Assembly: GCF_964194025.1 (NCBI RefSeq)
Contig: NC_134479.1
Coordinates: 23,126,001-23,190,000, forward strand
Direction of reading: 5' to 3'
DNA: 64,000 bases
Source: Convolutriloba macropyga
Taxonomy: Eukaryota
The translations under genes and the position numbers were made by a program. The notes under the pieces were generated by a model. The model saw only the letters and a program-made list of their open reading frames with translations. It was not told the origin of the DNA and ran no database searches. Of this stretch, positions 24,995-38,184 are shown in pieces (position 1 is the first letter of the stretch; each line of letters starts with the position of its first letter).

Positions 24995-25165
24995 CTCGAA
25001 TAGTATTTGGATTGCAGTCAGACAGAAACACTATTTGGATTGCAGTCCGCAAATTCTCAGAATAGTATTTGGATTGCAGTCAGACAGAAACACTATTTGG
25101 ATTGCAGTCGGCAAATTCTCAGAATAGTATTTGAATTGCTCTCGAATAAAATTTGGATTGCAGTT
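24995..25165. repeat. ~62-bp tandem repeat with TATTTGGATTGCAGTC subunits
   Basis: TTTGGATTGCAGT recurs five times in a higher-order arrangement. Confidence 0.85.
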
Positions 25166-25454
25166 GACTCTGGAAAAGCATTTGTGTTATAATCAACATT
25201 TAAATTGAGTAATTGGAGATTGGAGCGCGGTTTTTTACCGTTTGCTTGGGCTCAATTCTCCTATAGTTGTTTGTCTGTAACTCCGCCATAGCTGGCCCCC
25301 AGCCCGGTTGAGAGAAGGAGGAGGGGAACACACCCAAAACATACTGGAAAATCTCAAAAAGTTGTTCTTTAGTTCACCTGTAGATTTTTTCCGACAGTAT
25401 TTAACCTATTTCAGCTCTCGAAACGTCCTCTGATCAGAGAAAAACCCACTCGAA

Positions 25455-25837
25455 ACATTTGAAAACGACGTTACCGACGCTTCCTTACGTTTGAAAACGA
25501 CGATACCTATGCTTTCTTACGTTTAAAAACCGACGATACCGATGCTTTCTTACGCTTGAAAACCGACGATACCGATGCTTTCTTACATTTAAAAACCGAC
25601 AATACCGATGCTTTCTTACATTTGAAAAACGACGATACCGAATCTCGCTTGCGATAAAAAAACAACGATCCCGAATCTGTCTTACGTCTAAAAAGGACGA
25701 TACCGATTCTTTCTTATGTTTAATAACGAACAAAAACGACGATACCGAAATAAGGGCTTTCGTCGTTTTTGGCTGAAAAAAAAACGACGATTCCGACGGT
25801 TTCTTACGTTTTTTAACCGATGATTTCTCAACTAGGG
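25455..25837. repeat. 33-bp minisatellite ending in a CTAGGG transposon-like terminus
   Basis: Unit TTTCTTACGTTTAAAAACCGACGATACCGATGC, about 10 degenerate copies; it produces the spurious RRFLNVRKHRY repeat ORF. Confidence 0.85.
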
Positions 25838-25839
25838 TT

Positions 25840-26300
25840 GTAGGGAAATAACAGGTGTATCTGGAAAAACAATAGGATTGGAATCAACTTTTGCAGTTGG
25901 AGATACAGTTGTATCTGGAATATAATTTCGTTTGAAATCAACCTTTTTTCTTTATTGTCGACAACAACTCAAATAAGTACCTGTATGTGGAATTGTAATG
26001 AAGAATTAATTTTAAATAGACGGTGAGCCCACCTTGTCAAAATTGCATTACAATTGCGGATCAAAATTGAAAAGAAAGAGACAGACATCATAGTTAAAAC
26101 TGAGATTTTTTCGGTTCTTAATTCGTTTTTCTTTCATATCAATTATCTGCCTTAACCCGGTGATTTTGAGGCTAGATGTGAAACAGCAACCGGACTTACC
26201 CAGTATGATATCCCGCAGTGAATTTTCGATATGTTTCTGGTTTTCGCTTTATCAATTTTGGTTGGCTAACTATTATTAGCTGTAATAGTTATCCGGGAAA
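25840..26300 (-). pseudogene. Degenerate paralog of 24170-24730 with lectin-stalk-like repeats
   Basis: One minus frame reads VDFKRNYIPDTTVSPTAKVDSNPIVFPDTPV, similar to the lectin stalk VTPETTITSTANVDSDSNVTP. Confidence 0.4.
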
Positions 26301-26460
26301 CATTTTGCTGAAAAAATTGGGTCAACGACAAGATATTGAGAAAGATCCGGACAATTTTTGTCAGTGACAGTTTTGCCGACCCCTTTCACTTCATAGGCTA
26401 AAACGTAAACTTGGGCAGGCCCCATTTAAGTTTTCATCTTGGGCTTTAGTTTTTAAATTG

Positions 26461-26697
26461 ACGTTTTAGTTTCTGCTCTTAAATCAATGATGTAAAAACT
26501 TGAGCTTTTCGTAATCGGCAATGCAAGACACTTTCAATTAGAAAAAGTTGAACTAAAATTCCAAGCGTAATAATTTATAAATTATTACGCTTGAAGTTGT
26601 AGTTCAACTTTTTCTAATTGAAATAGTTTTGTATTACCGATTACGAAAAACTCAATTTTTTTTACATCATTGACTTAAGAGCAGAAACTAAAACGTA
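26461..26697. repeat. ~237-bp near-perfect loopless palindrome
   Basis: ACGTTTTAGTTTCTGCTCTTAA..CAAGCGTAATAATTTA|TAAATTATTACGCTTG..TTAAGAGCAGAAACTAAAACGT. Confidence 0.92.
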
Positions 26698-29066
26698 CTT
26701 AAGAGCAGAAAAAGTACTATACGACAACACCTAGTCTAAGTCCAGTGTCTCTATGCCTATATGGTTTTCATTTGTATCAGTTTTGTGTTTCTTGCAAATG
26801 TACAGATCCAGACTAATTTCAATGAAATTCTGCTTTTTATCATAGTGATCTGCGCGTTTCCAGATAAAACCCAGTGCTTCCTGGTGAATAAAAAAGGTAA
26901 AGTAACCGATACATAAATTCTCGTCGTTCATTTCTTCTGTATTGACAGTTTTTGTCTCTATGAGATCCAGTTTTACCTTTTTTCTGATTTTTTTTTTGAA
27001 AAAAAATGCAATTTTGTTTGTAAAAAAATTGACTTTAGTATATAGAAATCCTCTAAGAATAGAAGTCATCAATTTTAAATCACCATTACTGCTCTTCGGG
27101 TCGTAAACGATTCCTTGCCGACTTGGAATCCTTTGGCGTTTTCAAGCAACCTGATATAATCAATCCAGTGCGAATTCATCAACAGGCAAAATTGTCCATT
27201 TAACATCTGTTTCCATTCGATGAATTTTTATAGAGAATTTAGCTGAAAAGAGGTTTGCCGATTTCACCATCACTCTGAAAACTTGAAAAAAATGGGTCGT
27301 TCCGAAGTATTTTCAATTTCAATTTGTTGGAGTGTCATATGAGTCTTTGTAACAGATGCAGTCCATATGGTCCCGATTTCCACCATCACGGGCATTTTTT
27401 TATCTTAGACAACAACAATTGGCAGCTTTACAAACGATCATGGACAGGTCATTCTAACACGTGCTGTTTTGTAGATTTCATGTGATAAACCTCCAAATGA
27501 TCAATTGTCGTAATTGAGGAGAAGATTTTTGATTTCGTTTTTTGAGTATATATATATATATATATATATATAACATATATATGCAGGGACAGAAATGTAG
27601 GATACAGTAGCATTTAGAGGTCATGTTAACAAAAATAGTCATGTAAAAAATAAAATTATTCAAAATGAAATCAAAAATGTAGAAGTCATAATTTTTATGT
27701 AACCACTTGTTAGCTTCAAACTCTTTGTTGATTGCCTTTATTACAGCTGATTTCTCTCTATNNNNNNNNNNNNNNNNNNNNNNNNNNNNNNNNNNNNNNN
27801 NNNNNNNNNNNNNNNNNNNNNNNNNNNNNNNNNNNNNNNNNNNNNNNNNNNNNNNNNNNNNNNNNNNNNNNNNNNNNNNNNNNNNNNNNNNNNNNNNNNN
27901 NNNNNNNNNNNNNNNNNNNNNNNNNNNNNNNNNNNNNNNNNNNNNNNNNNNNNNNNNNNNNAGATCAAAATTAACTTGTCTCGCCTGAAGAGTTCTAAAT
28001 TAAGGACGTTTTTCTCTACAAATCTGAATAAATGTTCCTTAGAGCCCGCCAACCTACAAAATGTGTTGAACGCCTGAGTCGAGGTTCTCTCAGATTAATA
28101 GTTGAAGACTTGGGGTGAATAGCCTTTAAAGAAAAACTCATTTTCACCGCAAAGTTCAGGTATCTTTGAGAGATCAGGCGGTGAAACGGGTAAATTTTTG
28201 TAAGATATGCACTTTTAATCGGTGAATGTTTGTAGTTCGCATTTTTTTTGTTATTTTTACTACATTCACCATACACTTCATACCAAAAAACACGCGTGTT
28301 CGAATCTCCGACATCTGTAATGTATTTCACTTCCCCTTCCACTGCGCCAACTGTCACTTCATTCTACATTTCTTTTAAATCTAAATCAGATACACCACCA
28401 ATTTATAGAGATCATATGCGTTGAAGTTTAGTTTTCAGCGGACAATTTTTTTTAAAGTTAAGGGTTTTTTGGTAGTGATTTTGTTTATTTTCCCTGCTTT
28501 CACCCTATCCAGCGCTAAAACAGCAATTCTTACAACTATTCACCATATTCAACGCAATTCTTTTTTGTAGCAATTTTTAGTGTTGACACCTGGAATCGGT
28601 TGATGAATTAATGATTAACATCCTTAGGGTAACCTTCACCGCCTTTAACTTCCAAGTAGCCTACAAACTACTCCTTGGCCTCAGAGTTCTTTCACGAATA
28701 TGTGTCTACACCCCAGCACGAGTACCTGAGCCTGAAAATAGACGTAGGAGTACTTATATCAACGGATGAGTGCAGTCTATTTACAACTACCTAAGGGTAG
28801 AGAATATCCAAACAAAACCTACCTCTGATGTCTAACCCAAGTACCCATCCATGCTGTTGGAGGGCATTTCGATAAACCAAATAGTCAGCTGAAGGCGCTC
28901 AAATGGGCTGCACATGTGACTAAGTTGGAAAGAAAGTTGCCGAGATTGAGCATTCTATAGTTACAGTTATTTTGCTGGTAAAAAGATGTTCGAGCAGCTT
29001 TTTGTGGATCTCAAAGTCCTCAATTTCAAACTGAAAAAAAGCGCGTTTGCAGGATGATCCCAAGGT

Positions 29067-30179
29067 CCCGGGATGAGGTGGTGGAAGTATGAATTGGGTC
29101 ATCCAGACAGAAATTGGCCATGATCAGACAATGCAGACAAAAATTTGTCCATTATTCGCATTTTTGCGAATTATTGCGAATCTGTGCGAAACATTTCGAA
29201 AGAGCGCGTTCATTTCTCGACTAGACCGGACCACGCAAAATCTGACGACTATGATTCGAAGGCGCGTCTATTCGAGATTGTGCCCTATGATCAGGCAAAA
29301 CTATGATCAGACAAAAACTTGTCAAAACAAGGTATAATCTACGCAATTTTTCTGGTAGTGTTTTACTTAAAGTTTATCCATTAAAAATTAAAATGTTATA
29401 TTTATTAACATTTTACTTTTGAATGGATAAACTTTAAGTAAAACACTTCCAGAAAAATTGCTTTAATGATCCGTGAAACACAACTCACATATTTTCTATA
29501 GACACGAAGGTTTTTGCTGAATTGTGCTGCCTACAATTTAGTACCAAAAATTGGAGGTAAATTTTAGACAAAATATTTTTGTTTGATTTGGTTCTTGGAC
29601 AATTGTATGATATAACATTTCCCAGATCTTCGGTTCTGAGTATACTTTTTTTAAAAATTGATGTCCATGTGAGTGCTTCCTAATTATTTATCTACCGATA
29701 ACTAAGTATTGAACCAAGATACAAAATAATTTTTTCTATTACAGTGTTAACAGCAGTTTTAGTAATGTTTTACTTTTATGTGAGTATGAGACCAAAATAA
29801 CAGGACTATGATTCGCACTGTTGTGAACCTTCAAGCCCATTTTACGATTTAATGCGACTATGAGAGGGAAATAATCATACTATGTTTTGCACTGTTGCAA
29901 ATTTTCAAACCCATTTTTCGATTTAATCAGAAAATGAATCGATTGTTCTCAATTTTATTAACCGATTTAGGGCGATTTAGGAAGATTTTGCGGGACTATG
30001 ATTCGATTGAGTCCGCTTATGATTCGAATTAAGGCGTGCGACTATGATTCGTTGATGCCATATCATGAGTTGAAACTGTGCGACCAAAAAGTTTGGCCCA
30101 GACCTTGTATTTATCGTCTGAGAGGGGTACCCCCCAGACAAAACATTGTCAAATCATATTTCGACCACCTCAACTCGGG
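29067..30179. mobile_element. Non-autonomous DNA transposon, ~30-bp TIR, 2-bp TSD GT
   Basis: CCCGGGATGAGGTGGTGGAAGTATGAATTG versus right reverse complement CCCGAGTTGAGGTGGTCGAAATATGATTTG; GT flanks both ends; GACTATGATTCG internal repeats. Confidence 0.8.
29343..29461. repeat. ~120-bp palindrome nested in the DNA transposon
   Basis: GCAATTTTTCTGGTAGTGTTTTACTTAAAGTTTATCCATT..AATGGATAAACTTTAAGTAAAACACTTCCAGAAAAATTGC. Confidence 0.9.
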
Positions 30180-30206
30180 GTGAAATTGATACATTTAGTA
30201 TATACG

Positions 30207-30220
30207 TATGTGTGTGTATG

Positions 30221-30253
<33 letters not shown>
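30207..30253. repeat. (TG)n microsatellite
   Basis: Seen directly. Confidence 0.95.
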
Positions 30254-31865
30254 CTAACATGGAATGTGAAGAAACGATATGTTGGGTTTTCAATAGTTAA
30301 GAATCGTGATTGTGCTCGATTTATTTGATTCGACAGGTTCGGTTTCTTTAATTTTGTATGTTCAATTTTGAATGTAGGAAACCATATGTCTCTTTGGTTT
30401 GAAATCACAGACAGTCAAAAGAAACTGTCGTATGCACTTTGTGATTCAATGAACCCAATCCACATCAACAATCAATAAGCCTAGCGGATGCAGTCTCCAG
30501 GTGAGCAATAACAGGTTTTTTACTAGGATTATAAAGACGCTAGACATCGAAAACAGCTATTTTGAACTAAATAATAATTAAAATCCAAACATTACGTCGC
30601 AGCAATAGGTATAGCTTAACAAGACACCTGTTGTTCACTCGGCACAATAGGGCACAACTCAAGGGCAAACAGATCAAGAAAAAAGAACCAGAAGCATCGT
30701 TTTACACGACTGATCCGCCACACCTTCAACCGAATAGCGCGCCTGGTTCAAAGGACAATCCGGAACGATTTTCAAGACTTGATCGGCACTTCTCCGGTGA
30801 AGTGAACGTTTTGAAATGATAAATCAGTACTGATCACGTCTTATCTCAAGTCTTAAAACTTTTTAAGACATGTCAAGAGTTGTTCAGGACACATTAATCG
30901 AGTCTTGACCAAGACTTGGCAAGTCTTGAGTAAAGTCTTGAACATGTCTTGACAAGTCTTGATTATTGCGCGGTTAATATCAAATTAGAGTTTAGGAATA
31001 ATTTTTTTAATTAATGCATTTCAATAGCAGCGAAAGTTGGTTAAAATTGTTCTGAGAATTTTGTTAATCTGACCAAGTTATTTCTGAATTGAGCATATAC
31101 CGGTTTTATCTGAAAACCGGACCTGATCCAAGCGACCTACTCTCGGCGGAGCCCGTGATCTTGTTTGAAGACCCCTATACAGTTTCGTGGTGCCAGGCAG
31201 CAGGGTCTATCCAGTAGTGATGCCAAACAGATTCAAAACTTATTCTAACAATAAACATTTCAAAATGGCCCGAATTTAACGAATCTTGATCAAGAGTAGT
31301 TCCAGGATCCTACTTTGTATCAGAAAGATCGTTTTTCCTCCTAAAAGTCTTGGGAATTTAATTGCCAAAATAATTTAAAGACTCTTGCTCTCTTCAGGAT
31401 TAGGTTGAACAAATGGGGCAGAATAAAAGAGTCAATTTACAGAATCAAGAAATTTTGAGAAATCAACCTGGATTACCTAGAGGTCCCATTTTTTGCCTCA
31501 TGTTCTTAATTATTGGGTGGAAGAAAAGGATGCGTGATCACAGATTACAGAGGACCTCCTCAAGCAGTAGGATTCTCAATGGCAACAGAAGGTCTTTCCA
31601 AAACAATTAAAATTAGAGAGAAAAACTATAAATATTTCCTGGAGTGGGTTGTCATGCAGCTCATTTTGTGTTGCCCTTGTGAGAGTGTTGGTGATAGGGA
31701 GAATTTCGCTTTCCTTATATTAGCTCATACAATTGATTTGATATAACTTTTTTATGAATGAGCCTTCGTCAATATAGTCCAGAGAATAGCTTTTGAGAGT
31801 ATCTGGCTAAGGTTGCATTTTTAAGTAATTTGCAAAAATAAAAAAAAACGGATTTAAAAATTTTG

Positions 31866-31867
31866 TA

Positions 31868-31928
<61 letters not shown>

Positions 31929-31935
31929 GTATACA
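31866..31935. repeat. (TA)n/(TATG)n microsatellite
   Basis: Seen directly; a shorter (TA)n lies at 27547-27571. Confidence 0.95.
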
Positions 31936-34900
31936 TTATCCTCCAACCTCTTAAAATAAATTTCAAAAAATGTAATTAAGTTGATTTGCAGAGAAGATTA
32001 AAAAACGAAAAAGCAAACAAAGATTTCTATATCGCACAAATAGTCCTGCAAAAAAATATAAAAAAGGGTCTCTCAAATGAACACGAGTAACAAATAACTT
32101 AACAACTAAGGCAAAATGAGTTAAGTTGACACAGTTTAAACCTCTTAAAAATGCTTTATGCTTCAATTGAAATAATAAAAAATCTGCACAATTGTAAAAG
32201 TTTGTTTCGTTATTTTGAGGCAAATTAGTGCAACAAAAGCAATAAATCATAGTTTACTGATATGAGTTATTAATAGTTGATTTTCTGTTCATAACAGAGC
32301 ATCTGATAACGTTGAGAAAAATAAAGGTTCAATCTAAATGCAAACATCGAAAAAAAAACTGGTACGAATTGATGCTCAGACCAACCTAGTTTTAGCTATG
32401 ACTGAATAAACCAGAATCATGGAGAGCATTTTTGCGTCACATGAATATATTTAGCTAAAAAACGTTTTTTTATCAACCTTGATTTTGATATGACCACTAA
32501 AATTGGACTAAAGTTTTCAGATACTATATTTTGCGTTGATCAAGTTAAACCAGGAACTAAATGGAACAATCTGCATGAATTAGCAAAAAAGTGTGAAGTT
32601 CAATTACTTTGCGCAAGCGGTTCTAGTGCAAATCCTATGTATTGGTGGAGGTCACCAATCATACACTTTTCTATGATTTCATACGTGTCATTTATGGTTT
32701 TTAGTTCCTACACTTAGTCATATGGGGTATGATTTTAAAGTACTCCTACCAGGATCATAAAGGAAAATTTTAGTTCCACGACCTAAAGAAACAAGTAGTG
32801 ATCTTCAGGAGCAACAAATTGGTTTTTTATATGGTAATAAAGCAACAAAGAAAAATCAAAAACTTTTGTGATCAGATTAGGTGACACATGAATTGTATAT
32901 TTTTTTGTTAATAATACAAGGTTCCCAAAGATCTGAAAGACACTAATAGGAATTGCCAATTTATTCAATGGATGAGATCTTAAATACGTGATCTATTCTC
33001 AAGTACGTGATTTCATTGTAATTACGTGATCTCTTCTCACTATGGTACAGGTCAGTTTGGTTTGTATCAATACAAGCTTTTCAAAAGTTAATTTTTGTGA
33101 AATGTCCACATTTAAAATTACCACTCAGTAATCGAAACTCTACTTTCTCACAACCATCAAAAGAAGGTGATATCAAACGCCCCGTTTAAGTCAACTACAG
33201 TCACTTCTTAATGAGATGGTAAATTTTTTTAAAAGCTGTGTAAAAGTAACAAAAAGGAGCTGCTATACACTTCTCATATACAAACAAATAGATACATTAT
33301 TTCCGACGACTGCATTTTTGCTGCTTCTGTGTTTTTTATTTGATTTTTCCACTTCTTTTCTCATTTAAGATGGATAGCTGTAAATGGGTCTGAAATTGAG
33401 TTATAGTTTTCAGTTTTTAATCAAGTTTTGTTTAATCGCTCAACACTATCCATTTTTAGTTGAATGTGCGTTTCTCTTCATATTTTGCTAAAGATTTGTG
33501 TATGCCTCTATCCATGGAAGAATCTCTAACAACGTGATAGAGGTCTCTGACAGTGGCTGCATGGTCTTAGCAAACTACAAATGTGGCTGAGATCAGACTA
33601 ATCAAAACATGACATCAGAATCAAAAGGCATCACTTTACAGAAAAGGCATCACTTGACAGGTCTAGTGACCTTCTGGTGTCCTTTCGGGTTTTGTCTTGT
33701 TGTTTGTAAAATTATAAAAGCAAGCAATGAAATAAACACGAGAACTGATTTGTTATAACACGATCAGACGTGTAACAAAGTACTGAATAGGCTAAGTAGT
33801 CATAGAAAGTGGCTTCCGTCAAATTGAGCAGTTTTGGTACAGTTTTGGATATAAATAGACCAAGCCGATAAAAAAATTTTGATCCTACGACATTTAGCTC
33901 AAGAGAACAAGCTAGAACAAGCTTATCAAAGACTGCTCTGATCAGGTTCAAGGCGTGACCGGTACTCACATTAGACGACGTTTTTAGGGTTTTGACTATG
34001 TTTAGGGTTTTTTATTCAAAATGACACTAAAATGATAATAGCACTGCTGACAGCCACATCATAGGCACATCATGGAAATTTGTACATTCACAATGAATTA
34101 ACACCTGCACATTATTACTACAAACTCTGAATTCTTCAATCATCTTTTCTTTATCATCACTTATTTGGTGAGGAACCACATTCTTGAGTCAAAAATTTTG
34201 GTTGTTGACGATATTTGTCTTGAGTTTTTTTGTTGCTATCATTTTTTATAGGGATTATTTGAATAATCAAATGGTTCCTGTTGAGCCAGTTTTTTCTGAT
34301 CAGGAGCCTCCAAGTGTCCAAAGAACGCCTGTCAAGCGTAGAGTTTCTTGTATTTGTATTAATTTTCTCTTCAGTTTCTGAATTCATCAAACTTTTGTTT
34401 TTGTTCATTTAACTTATTCTTCATAAAATTAAATAGCAAATTTTTTGGTTTAAAATGCTGAACTTTCTGATACCTTCTCGAAACTTACAAGGAAGCTTGT
34501 TATCGCACATTTTTTTCAAAAATTAGAAAATGTTTGTGTAACGGCTGCTCTCCTATCAAAGTCGCGGAAACTTTACACCGCCCAGTTCGTTTCAGCGGTT
34601 TCAAATCTGTCCGGATATAGTGTTTTTTGCAGTTAACTTTTGTGAACTGTATTATCCGCTATGCTCTAGAATGCCATTGCATTACTTGATACTCAATAAT
34701 TTCAAATAACTAATTGATCAGCTTTGCTGAATAACAAACTTGTTTCAAATAATCAAATTTTGCTTGAGTTTTGGTTAATAACTCAAATTATAATTCGAAA
34801 ATGCAAAACCCCTTATGTGCAGCTCTAGGTAACTGTCCTAGCAACTGGTTAGGGTAAACAATTTCTATCTCGCAATGTTTTAATGTTCTGGGCGACCATT

Positions 34901-35396
34901 TCCCGATAGTCAAAGTTAACAAATGTGACCAAACTCGCACTTTAATCAAGGTTAACATATGTAACCAAATTCGCACTTTGTGCTTTCCAGCGCATTCAAT
35001 TGCTCAATAACGCAATTTGTGAACTATGCTAGGCTTCGTTAAAGCCAGTGAGAGAAACTGACTTTATGCTTTGCACAAAGTTTCTCTTACTTAGGAACTT
35101 CGTTCCAAGAAAAAAAGTTTTGAGAATATCAAAGTTAATTCTATTTTCACAAGTCAAAGTAAAGTTAAAACTGTACAATCACTAATATGATCTACAGAAT
35201 CATGACACGATAACAAGTAATTTACCGCTCAAGAAAGTGTGCTTCAATACGCACTGTATGTCAGTTAATAGGAAAGAATTAACAAGTTTCAACTGATTTT
35301 TAGTAGTTTTTTCAAGCTCCTTTTATGCTGCTAATCACGTGGATTTACATATCAAATTCAACTGTTGATTGGTTGCAATTAAAAATATCGACATAA

Positions 35397-38184
35397 TGTG
35401 AACATTTTTCCATAACCTCACTTTTTCAGTGTAAATTTGATGTCATGGGAAATTTGTTAACCATGTAGAAGTTTTGTCGAATATTCTGTATCAATAACAG
35501 GTTGATTCGCAATCCAATCGCAAAGAATCTGATGCAATACTGTTAAGTCGTAGTATCGTTTTGCTGGTGGTTGAGGTAGTTCGAATATGAATTAAAGTTT
35601 GACTTCATGAATGACGATTGCGTACTAATAATAATTGCTAAATATAAATGTTGAAGAAATTGAACAAATCCGTATGACTTCAATAGCATTAAATTTCACA
35701 TGTCACGCTATTCTAGCTTTAAGGCTTGAAATGGCCTCGAAGCGCTATTCAATTTGGTAATTGAGTTAGTAAGCTCAGCCGCCACATCGCCGGCCATGCT
35801 TTCCATCGAGAAAACATTTTTCAAGTTAGTACTGGGGCGAGCTTCACTACTGGTCTCTTATACACTCAGTCATTCGTTCGAACTATCGCTGATCGAATCA
35901 CACCGTCAGACCCATCGATGGTCTCCGTAACTCGACCTAGGTTGTAAAATCCACGCTTGTCACTATCTTCGATCAACCAAACGAGATCGCCTTCTTTGAG
36001 GGTTTCGTTCTCCGTAGATCGCCATTTTTGGCGAGTATTCAGAGTTGGCAGATATTCTTTACGAAGTTTGTCCCATATGAGATTTGCATAGGCTTGAGTT
36101 TGTCGAAAGAGCTTTCGATGATCAACAAATTCTTCCGCGCATGGTAGGTAGGGGAAGCAAACGTTCTTGTTGCCAAGCAAGAAGTGATTGGGGGTCAATG
36201 CTTCTAAGTCATTAGCATCTGAACTGACTGGAGTCAAAGGTCTTGCGTTTAAAGTCTGCTCAACAATACACATTCTTGTTGAAAGAACGTACTCGGTGAC
36301 TGTTCTGTTCCCCAATACTGCATACATTGCTTTCTTACAACTTCTCACCAACCGCTCCCATACTCCCTTAAAGTGAGGTGCTGCGGGTGGGTTAAACTTC
36401 CATCTGATTCCTCGTTGGATTAGATGTTCTTCGATCCCTTCTTTGTTCCTTGCGGCAACGCACTCTGCCAACTCTCTTTCAGCTCCAAAAAAATTTTGTC
36501 CCGTGGTCGCTGATGATCGTATTCGGTTCGCCTCTTCGAGCAATAAATCTCATTATTGCATTGAGACAACTGTCAGTGTGACCAACTTAGGTATCACTTC
36601 TATGTGCACCGCTCTCATAGTTAGACAAGTAAACAGACAACACCATCGATTTCGTTTCTGTGCCCAATCTTCACAAGGAAAGGGCCAAAGTAGTCAATTC
36701 CAACATTTGTAAAGGCTGTTGAAGCATCTAACCGCTCTTCGGGTAGATCTGCCATGACTGGTGCTATCGTTTGTGCTCTGCCTTTTCTGCAGGAAACGCA
36801 CTTGTTCTTCATTGATCTTAAGTTGTTCCGTATGCCTAGGATCCAAATCTTCTGCTGAACAATGTTTCTTACATGCTCAGTGCCCTCGTGTTGATTGTCC
36901 TTGTGCTCGTTTCGCAAGAATAATTCAACCGCATGATGTTTCCAATGTAGCAAAATTGGATGCTTTGCATTGAAGTCCAGTTGACTTTTGCCTATTCTGC
37001 CTTTGGCTCGAATAAATCTTTCTTCATCTATAAAGGGTGAGAATTGTAGAACTTTGCTGCCTTTTGGAATTTCGTTTTCAGCTTTGAGAGATTTCATCTC
37101 TTCACCAAACTGTTCTTGTTGTAGTAGCTTGAAGATTGATGCTTTTGCTTTTTCTCTTTCTTTAATGCTGACTACGAGTGTTGCTGGTTTGCGTTGATTC
37201 AATGCTCGCTGTAAGTATACCACTGTATTTACTAGTCTGTTAAAATTACTGAATCTTTCCCACTGAATAACAGCTTTCTTCTCTTCAGCCTGTATTATGA
37301 AGACCGATGAGGGCATATTCTCTTCTTCTGATGCAAAGATCAGGTTCACTTGCTCTGGCCCTTCACTTTCTGGTCGCTTCCACCAGGCCGGCCCAGTGAG
37401 CCACTCACTTCTCTTGAGTCCTTCAATGTTGATTGCTCTGGTGCCAATGTCCGCTGGGTTGTTGATACCGCTCACATGTTTCCACTGTGAAACATTCGTT
37501 GTATCTAGTATCTCAGCCACTCGATTGGCCACAAACACTTGTTGTTTACGATTGGAACTGAGCATCCACTGCAATACCGTAGTTGAGTCTGACCAAAAAC
37601 TGCAACTATTTATCTTCATTTCATGTTCCTTGACTATCTGTTCTTTCAACCTCACTGCCATGACTGCCGCTTGCAATTCCAATCGCGGTATTACGTCACT
37701 TTTCCAATACGTCACTTTTTCAGTGTAAATTTGATGTCATGGGAAATTTGTTAACCACGTAGAAGTTTTGTCGAATATTCTGTATCAATAACAGTTTGAT
37801 TCGCAATCCAATCGCAAAGAATCTGATGCAATACTGTTAAGTCGTAGTATCGTTTTGCTGGTGGTTGAGGTAGTTCGAATTTGAATTATAGTTTGACTTC
37901 ATGAATGACGATTGCGTACTAATAATAGTTGCTAAATATAAATGTTGAAGAAATTGAACAAATCCGTATGACTTCAATAGAATGTAGCATTAAATTTCAC
38001 TTGTCACGCTATTCTAGCTTTAAGGCTTGAAATGGCCTCGAAGCGTTTTCAATTTGGTAATTGAGTTAGTAAGCTCAGCCGCCACATCGCCGGCCATGCT
38101 TTCCATCGAGAAAACATTTTTCAAGTTAGTACTGGGGCGAGCTTCACTAGTAAGTTAGTAGAGTTAGTAAGCTCAGCCGCCACA
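35397..38184 (-). mobile_element. Rearranged, 5'-truncated BEL/Pao element (LTR stub + 3' end + LTR + RNaseH-integrase + LTR)
   Basis: TGTGGCGG..GTTCACA LTR at 35397-35786, near-identical copy at ~37700-38086, and an LTR-start stub at 38150-38184. Confidence 0.85.
35866..37715 (-). pseudogene. BEL/Pao pol 3' half (RNase H/A17 + integrase), few frameshifts
   Basis: IPRLELQAAVMAVRL, WSDSTTVLQW, FVANRVAEI, NPADIGTR, H..H..CVSC zinc motif, VGIDYFGP, WKFNPPAAPHFKGVWERLV, LTPNHFL, GRVTETIDGSDGVIRSA. Confidence 0.93.

Noticed and set aside
24995-25165. Repeat-spacer-like pattern (TATTTGGATTGCAGTC)
   Set aside because: The intervening sequences themselves repeat, so this is a higher-order tandem repeat, not CRISPR.
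25455-25815. CRISPR-like array or RRFLNVRKHRY repeat protein
   Set aside because: Head-to-tail 33-bp units with no unique spacers and no cas genes; it is a minisatellite and the ORF is a by-product.
34157-34408. Short ORFs with a hydrophobic N-terminus (MSQKFWLLTIFVLSFFVAIIF..)
   Set aside because: Could be a first exon of a type II membrane protein, but it has a non-ATG start in the track, no downstream exon I can identify and too little evidence to call.
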